A DNA stretch of 45,647 bases, taken from NCBI GenBank assembly GCA_025201805.1, contig MU619255.1:21512-67158 (forward strand). Direction: 5' to 3'. The stretch comes from Parasitella parasitica NRRL 2501. Taxonomy: Eukaryota; Fungi; Mucoromycota. The translations under genes were made by a program, and so were the position numbers. Shown piece by piece: positions 1 to 10,489 of the stretch (position 1 is its first letter; the number at the start of each line of letters is the position of its first letter). The notes under the pieces are model-generated. The model was not told the origin of the DNA. It worked only from the letters and a program-made list of their open reading frames with translations, and ran no database searches.

Positions 1-1211
1 ATCCTAGATCATGGTCCTATTGCTGCGGCACTGTCAAATAACTATAAATACCTTCAACGCATACACTAGTTAAATCTGCATTCAATCTTGGAATAGCAAA
101 ATAAATATATTCAGTTCCAATTGTATTTTTCTGGCTATATTTTGTTATTCTAAACAAGGACATGCTCCATATTTTATTTAAAGTCCTTTAAATGTCATAA
201 TGAGGGAAGAAAAAGACTGGATATATCAAGAGGATCAGAAAGTAAAGGGTAATAATAATAAAAGAAGAGAAAAGGATAAACAAATTACAGCTAAATACTT
301 ACAAGTGAAGATGTAACTCGGCATCCATTTATGCTAGAGAACGAGTCAGAGACTGACTTACTGAGGTCACCAGAAAAGGTGTACGATTGAAAGTCCAACG
401 CCAATGGGCTTGCCATATTGTCAGAAGTGTGCATGCAAAAATTTGTCGAAGAGACAGATCAGCGAAAGGAAGGGAAGTATCGCGATCAACGGAGATGCCT
501 TTACAGAAAAGAATCTCTGTGAGATAGTGGAGGAGAATGGCATCCGAAAAAGGAGTGGAGCAGATGAAAGATTGGAACATGTCTCGCCAGACAAGTAGTT
601 TAAGAGGGTAGGAGAAGAGGAAATGGAGGTTATCTTCGACAGTAAAAGTTGAGCATATAATGCAATGTGGAGTCAAATGGTCATGAGGGATGCGAAAATG
701 AAGTAGCGACTTGGTAGGAAGCTTGGCATAGATTGCTCGGTACCAAACAGTTCGCGCAGACAGAGGAATGGCAGATGACCAAAGGGAACGCCATTGATGG
801 GGTCGAAGGGGGGAAGCAGCTGGAAAAGGCAAAAGAGTGGAGGCAGTAATTTTTTTTGAAATAGTGGATGCTATTTAACGGAATGCGGCCACGCCATCTA
901 TTGGAAGAAGAAGAGTTTGTCTTACGAGAAAGGATGTGAGGAGCTAGTATGCGTTTGCAAAACGGGTTGAGAGAGGGGGTAGTATCTGAAGAAAGAGTAG
1001 GACGAGGAGAAATAGTACATTGTTGAAGAAAGAAAGGCTTGAGTTGAAGTTGATGAGAGGAAATGAGCATTGCAACACTTTTGGAGACAGTGGCATGGCG
1101 AGAGACAAGGCGGAAGAAGGAACGAACGCGGATCATCTGTGATTCTGGATCGAAGAGAAAAACGTCACTAACAAGACGTTGTCTAGCTTTAGGATAGCTT
1201 TGTAATACTAG

Positions 1212-2066
1212 TGTGAAATACATTCACCATGATGATCTGCATTCCACTTCTAGATTCATCCAGTTACCTTAAATTGATATAAACTACATATGCGCACAGA
1301 TAATAAGATGTGCAATACAGATTTATACTATATAAGATATAAGCTAGAGATGGCACCATTAGGATGGATGACGCTATAGACTGATACTTATATCTCGACA
1401 CGAGCCTTAGACATTTATTACATTTAGTATATGCTACGAGCTTATGCTATATAAGATCTATGCTTCAGATGCGTATTCCCAGTTTCTAGATACGCACTAC
1501 AAGACATATACATGTATCCATGATACTAGCTACAGATATATTATGTATTACAGACTTGTACAATATGTGCAATGCTATAGATATGCTTATGACATGCTAT
1601 AGACATGCTACATATACCGATATATGCTAAGATGAATACCAAGTGATATACACTCAGACATGTACTATTAATATAGACTGGATAAGACTATACAAGGAAT
1701 GATATACGCTTATGGATTGATATTAATAATCTTCGCATAGAAGATTGATCAGGGTACTACCTCGGGTAAAGTCTATCTCCTGACTCAAATATATTTAAGT
1801 TATCTTGAGTCTGCTGATATGTAGGTTAGCACAAAGTTAAGATGCTAGTTACGCAGTATTGTCGTACATGTTAAATTGCGAGAGTAGAACATTTATCCAC
1901 AGTTTAAGTATATAAAGGTTCATCTACCTGGCCAGTAGATGAACTGGAGCTTTATAAACCTGTCGATTTGATAATAAAACCTATACCTTATCAAGTTGAC
2001 TTTATTGTTTTTTTTATTATAATTTTTTTTCCGTGAATCCATATAACAATTTATACCGATTCCACA
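1212..2066 (+). mobile_element. Solo LTR, copy A (855 bp), inserted in LINE ORF2
   Basis: Termini TGTGAAAT...ATTCCACA form an imperfect inverted repeat with TG..CA ends. The 5-bp TSD ACTAG is at 1207-1211 and 2067-2071. TATATAAA is at 1909-1916 and AATAAA at 1973-1978. No coding capacity. About 94% identical by eye to the reverse complement of 6127-6978. Confidence 0.92.
1909..1978 (+). promoter_or_regulatory. LTR core: TATA box, stem-loop and polyadenylation signal
   Basis: TATATAAA (1909-1916), then the hairpin GTTCATCTA-C-CTGGCCAG-TAGATGAAC (1918-1944), then AATAAA (1973-1978). Confidence 0.55.
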
Positions 2067-4645
2067 ACTAGATCTGCAGGTATAAAGCTGTGAAAAGAAG
2101 GATGATTAGTAGGTAAAGATTGTAGTAAAATGTCATATAAAGGTAAAGATAAACAAGTAGGTGCATTCACGTAACATGTGTCAAAGTTATTAGGTGGAAA
2201 CTTAGAAATACAAGCCTCAAGATTAGTGAACGAATTGAGATAAGTAAATTGAATCAAAGGTCTGTTGGGAAACCAACGTCGGCGCCGTGATGATGGAAAG
2301 AGTAGATAATATAAGAAGTAATGGAATTCTGAAGAGTAGTAAAACCATGAGAGAGCATAAATAAGGATTGGAAGCGAAGGAACCGTATAATGAGAGAGTA
2401 AAGGAGAATTGAGATAGTGAAGAAGAATAGGACACACCCAGTGCCACTGGAGAGCCTGTTGTTGAGTAAGAGGATCCAGGAGGCCAACACCACCCGAAGT
2501 CCGAGGCTGAGAGAGAGTATCAAAAGAGAAAATTGGAAAGATACGTCGATTAATAAAGGCGGCACCTAGGCTTCTCAAAGAGAGTAGCTGTGCTTTGGTA
2601 AATGTGGTTAGTCGCATAACATGCCATAAGGTAGAGTAAAGAAGGCTATTCATAACTGTGGCACGACCACGAATGGATAGTTGGCGTTGTGAGTGGATAT
2701 GAATGGCATTTCGGATAGAGTCATAAAGTTTTTGGTATGCAACATTGCGTTGGGTGATGTTAGAACATATAGGGTAAACGAGATAAATGAGAGGAGTTGC
2801 AGATGTACGATCATGCCAGGCATGAATGCCATTAGCGGTGAGCAGCGCTGACCACGAAGCAGATGGTTTACCTGATAAGGAAGTAGCAACAGTTTTGTGA
2901 TAGTTAAGTAAAGCGTTAGAAGCCTGCATATATATATATATTAATCGCCTGTTGTAAGAGCATAAAGCCCTGAGGGGTTTTCAGATACACCAATGTGTCA
3001 TCAGCATACGCCAGTATTTTGACGGACAAAGGAGATGGAAAGACTGTAGAATCGGGTGGAGGGGCTTCACAAGAGAGATCAAAACCTTGGAATTGAGGGT
3101 TTTGGTGGATAGAACGAAGAAAAGGGTCGAATGCAATATTGAAAAGGAGTGGAGAGATGGGATCGCCTTGACAAATTCCTCGTTGTTGAATAATATAAGA
3201 CCGAGAGATGTGTCCGTTGATGTTGATGTGTATCTGCATAGAAAAGAAAAGAGTTAGTAGGGAGTGAATGATGTTAGTAGGTAAATTGAATTTAAGCATA
3301 ACCGCCCGAAGGTAGTCAGGATGAACTCGGTCATATGCCTTCTCTTGATCAAGTAATAGGGTAATGGTGTCTGATGATTGTTGTGTAGCGATCAACTTGG
3401 TGGTTTGAAGGATCAAGCCATTTTCACCTATAAATCGCCCAGGCATGACCCGGGTTGTTGTGGGCATATGATTTTGTTCATCAAAGGCATGAGACGAGAA
3501 TTGAGCAGACGAGTAAAGATCTTTGCGTCGCAACAAATCAAAGACAAAAGGCGCCAATTTTTCAAATTGGAAAGATTACCAGATTTGGGCAGCAAACACA
3601 TACATGTTTTGAGCCAGCTGGCTGGAAAGATGCCTAACGTGAGAGCATCGTTGAACACCTTAACCGCTAATTTGGCCGCTTTCGCGTGTTGTAAAATGAC
3701 ATTGATAATGCCATATGGTAAACCATCAACCCCGGGGCTAGATTGGAGCTTCGTACATAGAGTTCCACTCAATAGATCCGAAATGGTGAAAGGCTTCTGG
3801 AGTGCTGTATGTTCATCAGTTGGTATGACATCGGTTGAGGAAATGGTTTCGCAAAGTTTAGTGATGCTGTCAGGAACCACAGGATCGGTGGAATAAAGTT
3901 TACCATAAAAAGTGGAGGCGGTAGACTGCATGATAATAGGGTTAGTACATAGTGTATTCGTATTTAGGTGGAGAAGGCCGTTGATAGACTTCTTAGCAGC
4001 TCGGGTCTGGATAGTCCGTTTAAGGTAGCCAGCCGAAGTCTCGCCCTTCTCCCGCCAATGATGTCCAGCACGGAGGCGTTGGTTTTCTGCTATATCTCGT
4101 TGTATGGATCCAATTTCGATTCAAGGGGACGTATAAGTGGTAATCGTGTATGGGGATCCTGATGTTGACGGCATATTCGATTGCGTTTACGTTGTAAACG
4201 TTTTTTGCATTGACGTTCCATTGCATTACTCTTGTCACGACCAACTCGTTTAGCGATGCTACGTACTAAGTCTTTAAGAGCATCCCAGTTGGCTTGGGGA
4301 GTAATAGGTTCAACTGCAGCAGCAAGATCAATGGTTTCAATAAGTTCCAGGTTGAAAAAGAACTCATCTAAAGCTGGAAAAAGTAAGTCTGTGAAATCTG
4401 GGTTAGTAGCAAGACGAGGATTTGCGCGCCAGAGCCCAGGTCCCTGGCAGTCCGAAGTAAAGACAAAGCGAGCTCGCAGTAAAGCATGATCGGTCCAAGA
4501 TTGTTCCATAAAAACAATGTCAGAAGAGTGTAAATGCTGGAAAAGGAAAGGAGAAGCATATAATTAATCAATATTAACCGTGAAACCGCGAAGCATTTAT
4601 AAAAAGAAGTCGAACCACAAACCACATTTGGAACGCATAGACCAA

Positions 4646-5073
4646 TGTAAGGACTGTTGAGATCTGCAAGATCGAAATAAGAAAAGTATAATATAAAACG
4701 TTGAATTAACGAGATACGAAAACTTGAGATTACTTTATTAAAGATTCAACTTTGCATCTGCTATTTATACTTTTTACAACAACATAAATTTTTGGTGACT
4801 TATTTAAAATACTAGTCGATAGTAATCGATAAGAATAATTTGCAAGCAACATCATATCCTTAACAGGGTACGATATATTATTATACTACAAGGTTATTGA
4901 TCTTTGATCTGACAGTACCTGATTGTTTGTCAATCATACAGATCTGTGTTACAGATAACCTTCCTGATTTGAAACAAAGACTTTATTCTCCTGTTTCGAC
5001 CAATATAACAACACATCATTGGACAATCTCCAATCTTTAATTGAAGTACACTATCATGATCTCCTAACCTACA
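4646..5073 (-). mobile_element. Possible LTR of a second family at the LINE truncation point
   Basis: Minus-strand termini TGTAGG...CCTTACA, with GTATAAATAG (rc of 4761-4770) followed by AATAAA (rc of 4734-4739). No matching TSD and no second copy in the window. Confidence 0.3.
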
Positions 5074-6126
5074 TTATGGCAGATCAAGGACTGGTCCAGG
5101 CATGTCATTTACAAATGTGTCAGAAACATCGATATTAGAATACCGTACTTGATTATGTAAAATCAAACACAGAAAAACCTGACTGACAGTTACGGCGTAA
5201 ATGACAGACAGACCGTTTACAACAACGAATATAAATAGAGTAGAAATGTCTAACCTTTGCACGTTATCCTATTCCAAAAAAATAAAGAAGGAATTAAATT
5301 GTATCTATTGTTGTTTTACACTTTTTTACAATATGAACTATAAACTTATATGTAAACAATGATCGGTAGTGACAGATCAGGTTTGCAGTAATAAGGATGA
5401 TTTATAGATAATAGTTTTGCTAGTATATGAGAAATGTTTATTGTATTAAACTATAGTAGCTATTACAGATATTTTCACTAGCGTTCCAATATCTGGTAAA
5501 ATTTAAACCTATTTATAACAATTGGATGTTTCATGTAAAATGAGACATCATGGTAATGTAAATCATTACATTACTATAAATATCAATTGAAATACAAAAG
5601 AATAAATATCATTAATTATCTCTTACTTTATATTTTTTATACACTTATCAAAACATAAAAACTAACACCATTTTTGCACAAGACAATAATCCCAGGTGAT
5701 GTGAACTACTGGCAGTCTTTCACACATCTTATTTGAATTAGTAAGATATTTCTTTATTAAGAACCGTGTCCTTGAGAACAACATTGAACATGACAAATAT
5801 CACCATTAACATTCAACATATAAAGACAATTGTACACCTTTGTGCTCCTTATGAACCACAATCGTTACTGCTTTCCCATGAAGCCTAAATTGGAGACAAT
5901 CCAGTTACTGCATTAGTAACATGAAATATACAGATTATATTTTATATAAATACATCCAAGATCTTTCAACTTGATGGATCTTGGCTTACATTTTTAACTT
6001 TGAATAAATATCGAAGAGTTATAATTGTATATCCTTTCCGCTTTTTTATTATATTTTTTTATCGCACCAGGTTGTCGTTTGCAGAGGTGTTGGTTTTGTC
6101 AGGTTCGATTAATGTTGATATGCTGC

Positions 6127-6978
6127 TGTGGAATCGGTATAAACTGTTATATGATTCACGGAAAAAAATTAGATAAAAAAAACAATAAATGTCAACTTGT
6201 TAAAGGTGTAGGATTTATTATCAAATCGACAGGTGTATAAAGCTCCCGTTCATCTTCTGGCCAGGTAGATGAGCCTTTCTATACTTAAATTATGGATAAA
6301 TATTCTACTCTCGCAATTTAACATGTACGATAATACTGCGTAACTAGCATCTTAACTTTATGCTAACCAACATATCAGCAGACTCAAGATAACTTAAATC
6401 TATTTGAGTGAGGAGATAGACTTTACCCGAGGTATCCTGAACAATCTCCTATACAAAGATTATTAATATCGATCCATAAGCGTATATAATTTCTTGTATA
6501 GTTTTATATCCAGTCTATATTAATAGTGCATGTCTGAGTGTATATCACTTAGCTTTCATCTTAGCATATATTGGTATATGTAGCATGTCTATAGCATGTC
6601 ATAAGCATATCTATAGCATTGCACATATTGTACAAGTCTGTAATACATAATATATCTGTAGCTAGTATCATGGATACATGTATATGTCTTGTAGTGCGTA
6701 TCTAGAAACTGGGAATACGCATCTGAAGCATAGATCTTATATAGCATAAGCTCGTAGCATATACTAAATCTAGTAAATGTCTAAGGCTCGTGTCGAGATA
6801 TAAGTATCAGTCTATGGCGTCATCCATCCTAATGGTGTCATCTCTAGCTTATATCTAATATAGTATAAATCTGTATTGCACATTTATTATCTGTGCGCAT
6901 ATGTAGTCTTTATCAATTTAAGGTAACTGGATGAATCTAGAAGTGAAATGCAGATCATCATAATGAATGTATTTCACA
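6127..6978 (-). mobile_element. Solo LTR, copy B (852 bp), inverted relative to copy A
   Basis: Reverse-complement match to 1212-2066 over the full length, with TG..CA termini and its own 5-bp TSD GCTGC at 6122-6126 and 6979-6983. The TATA box is mutated to TATAGAAA. Confidence 0.92.
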
Positions 6979-7899
6979 GCTGCAACTCTATTTTTTTTAT
7001 TCAATCTATTGTCGCATGCAGAGATGTGTGTAGTGTTGGATTATCGTGGATACATTAAATTTATAGATTCAGATTGCACTTGATGGCGGTGCGGTTGCAA
7101 TACAGTGGAAATAGGGTTGAGAATATGCCATAGACACTTCTTTGGTCTTGAATCAAATTGTAAAATAGGTTCGCTCAATTGCCTCAACTGCAGCCTCAGT
7201 AAATTATCCCACCGTAACTGTGATATCCTTTATATGACATATGCTTTCAAGAGACTTATACAATTTCAAATTCACAAGAGCATCTAAACCAAGTACTGTT
7301 GTGATGTAAATTTACCTGTACTTTCAGTAGTATACGCTATTCGACTATTCAAACAATTCCTTCACGGTGAGTAGAATTAAAACCCAATACTACTTCTATG
7401 GTTCAAGGGAAAAGAATAAATTAAAAAAAAAAATAAACAAACTAAAAAGAGGTTCCAAGAACTGAAAAGAACCAATATTTTTATTTGATAAGGTATTGGA
7501 TATTTATATGCGATGCTTTGTTTATTTTGCTCAAACGCCTTGACTGATCCTGATGCGGACAAGACCGCGCATTACAATGCTGTAGTATTGTATCTTGTTT
7601 TGAGGAAGCGCAAATCCTCTAAAAATACGAAGCTCATAATCGAGATCATGATTTACTATATAAATACATTTAAAAACACCTCCCCACTCTACACACATTT
7701 TTCTCTCAATTTTATATTATATTTTAACAACTTCACCAACAACTATTTGGTATGAATTATTGCAATCTTAGTATTAAGCTATTTTAATTAACAAACAATA
7801 AAGTTGATTCTTTTATTTAACTAGAAAAACACAGTCTATTTTATACATCAAAAGTATTACCTCAAATTAATCTTTGAGTCCTCCTGTCTCTCTCCATTC

Positions 7900-9110
7900 A
7901 TTGGATATCAACATCAAAGAGGCATTATTGTGTGCCAGGTAACATAACTCAAGGATCTCGTCGAAACCCTCTACAATTGCTAACCTCTATGCTTTTGCCG
8001 TTCTGTCCCAAAAGCTAACTTCGATTATGATTTCAGTCTTTTAGTTTTTGTTTGGACTACACTGCATATCGTTTCAAACATCGTGTATTGACAGACAATG
8101 ATAGCATTGATCCAACTACTGGGAAACTCTATGATTATTATAGACGACTTCAACTAGCACTCACCAGTCTATGTATAGATAATACCAATTTCATTACTTT
8201 CAAGCTTTGGCCCTCTATCCCTTTATTCCTCCACAAAAATCTTGGCATCAACTAATCATTGAACACTTTGTCCAATGTACCCAAACGCAATTTGAAGAAC
8301 ACACTGTTTACTTAATTTTTTGTTCACCAGTACTCTTTGAACACTTTTATTTTTCAGATAAAGATTTTATATTCTCAAATACTTTCTTCCGAAACATCTG
8401 TGATTTCCTCTCCTCACTAAAGTAATGGCTTATGGTGTGCTAGTCCTCAATTAATCAAGAATGAGTGCTTCATCAATGCATTACACCAAGCTGTAGACCT
8501 TTACTTTTAGCTGCAGGTCATTTCTTCTCCTCACGCCTAATGGAATAACACTAAAGCACTGGTCAAGACGATTACTCACATCGTTGTCAGTCAACATCTT
8601 CAGCGAAAAAGTGATTAACTTGACAGCTTCAAGAATACCACATACAAGTCTCCCCATTGTTTATAAATTGTTTGTGGGTTTGCAGCATGAAGTCGTGCTC
8701 AATCAAATTCTTCAGGCTGGTAAATATTGGGGAGAGCAGGGCGCCATCATCACATCCGTGCACCCAAATGCCTTCTGCAGTTTATGCAATATGGAATTCA
8801 GTATGCTTACTCACCATTTCATATAAACTTGTCTCCTCCAATTCATGGTTTGGCGTCACTGTGCTCATAAATATCTGTATTCGACCAATTTCTTAATTGC
8901 TGATCATCCAAACCTTTGAAATCCATTGAGCCGTTATCAATAGGCAAGGTAAAATTGGCCCTGTTCTCTCCAAGCTGCCGAATCGATGTCACCACCCTTC
9001 TATGCATCTGGTAAGTTCACTGGCGTTCTGTTTTCGACTACGTCCACTTTGTCACGACCACAGTTTACACATCTATCCCTCGTTCTATGCCCCGCTTAAA
9101 CTTTGAATTA
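7900..9110 (+). mobile_element. Highly decayed LINE ORF2 relic (endonuclease/linker region); boundaries approximate
   Basis: Hand translation of ~8423-8580 gives NGLWCASPQLIKNECFINALHQAVDLYF*...SPHA*WNNTKALVKTITH, which aligns to GLWRANPRLATNPDFTDLLFPALDEFF...TPQANWDALKDLVRSIAK of the first LINE. ILQAGKYWGEQG (~8705-8742) resembles the LINE LRxGxRWRExGE motif, and TIANLYA (~7973) is endonuclease-like. Confidence 0.7.
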
Positions 9111-9319
9111 CATACTGACCTGTGGGTATTCTATATTTATATATGTATATAAACCAACTACTTTGGCTTACCGTTAGTTAGCACAGCCGTTGTATTGTTC
9201 CCTTTCCGGCCCTTTGCCCTGTACATATCATAGTCTTTCCTTTCCCTCGTCGTGACGTTTACAAGGACTCAATAAAACAAACATTTTAATTCAAGTTATG
9301 TTGAACGCCAAAGTAATAG

Positions 9320-10489
9320 TTACATTAATGCGAATAATAAAATCACACTCAGGGCGTTTATAGTGAATGACCGCCTGAAATAAAGTAAAGAGGAAGCATT
9401 TTCGATAAGGACGTGCTGGGTGGGCAATAAATCACTTTTGTGAAATGCAATTGTACTGCTACCGTTTATAGGTACCGATTTCTTAAAGTTCGAGGGTATT
9501 GCTGGTACACCATTTAATTCAGAAACAACTGAAAGTGCATCACCGATAGTATAAAAGTCAACTTCCACAAAACTAGGTTTCTTCTGGAAAATTAAGCTGC
9601 AATTTGAGGCGTGCATAATCAAAGACTCCTTTGCATTTGTTGTGATTGCCTTTTCTTTGAACGGTATCTCAATCTTGAGTGGCCCCATCTCAATAATCTT
9701 ATATATAAAATGATTCATAACATACATCATACCATAAGGACTGAGCTCTTGTGCAATTCGGTCTACGTTGCAGTTAAATGAGCCAATATCTACGTTATTG
9801 TAAGGGGTCTCGAATATATGAGAAAACTGATCCATCAGCCTTTCCAAACAGTTTCATGTTAAAGATCATAAACGAGAACTTTCGTTGATTTCTTACCAAG
9901 GTACTTGTAATATATCCGCCTTGGTATCGACAAAATTAACCAACCTTTGGTTTGTATCAATCATCTCCTGTATTGTTGGCCACACTGAAGAGGCCGAATT
10001 ATTAGGCAAGTACACATAGGGCATTACTTCACTTGCTTCATAAGCAGCTGCTAATTGAGTTGCATTGAAATTGTACAGATTGTTCCACATAATTGTTACA
10101 ACTTCTTTTGGGTTATTTTCAAGCCATTGTGAAATGTTATCTAATGTGTTTGACACTAGCCCTGCATCGAGTATAGTGCAAAAAGTGTGGCAAAGATGAA
10201 TAATTTCTGGATTATGACTGGAAGGTACAGCTGACAGCTTTATTCCCCGAACACCATCGTTCAACTGATTAATGATATCATAATCTTGAGTAGCAGCAAT
10301 ATTTGGTGTCAATGCATATGAGTCATGTGTAATTAATTGTGTAATGTTGTCATAAGATTGATTGCAGAGTTCAACTCCACCATTACACTCTGCTTTTACT
10401 ATGTGAATCCAAAAGTAATACCATAGAAAGAAGATTGAGGGTATGCGTTGCATATTAAATAGAAGAGTAAAATATAAAAGAAATGCCAT
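9320..10489 (-). CDS. Secreted or membrane-anchored PI-PLC X-domain (PLC-like phosphodiesterase) protein, 2 exons
   Basis: Signal-like N-terminus and motifs CNGGVELC..YDNITQLITHDSY, QLNDGVRG, LCHTFC..LDAG, WLENNPKEVVTI and KKPSFVEVDFY, ending in a hydrophobic C-terminus. An intron (TG|gtaag...aag|G) joins VPW to LMDQF. The start could be at 10453. Confidence 0.85.

Larger units (their letters stand above)
329..4640 (-). mobile_element. Degenerate non-LTR retrotransposon (L1/Tx1-type LINE) ORF2, 5'-truncated, frameshifted and interrupted by a solo LTR
   Basis: Collinear minus-strand ORF fragments: AP-endonuclease end (NID*LYAS...SWTDHALL, ~4480-4580), linker GPGLWRANPRL, RT motifs SSPGVDGLPY, LLPKSGNL..KNWRLLSL, LLLDQEKAYDRV, QGDPISPLLF and LAYADDT, post-RT LSIRGRATVMNSLL, and a C-terminal zf-RVT-like region (WYRAIYAKLPT...CIICS...EDNLHFLF, TIWQAHW). 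Confidence 0.95.

Noticed and set aside
2067-6126. Invertible segment already flipped by recombination between the inverted LTRs
   Set aside because: Both TSD pairs are intact and the LINE is collinear on both sides of copy A, so there is no net inversion in this assembly.
1212-6978. A single element with 850-bp terminal inverted repeats (giant-TIR DNA transposon or DIRS-like inverted LTRs)
   Set aside because: Each repeat has its own 5-bp TSD, the outer flanks (ACTAG vs GCTGC) do not match, the LINE frame continues across copy A, and no transposase or tyrosine recombinase is visible.
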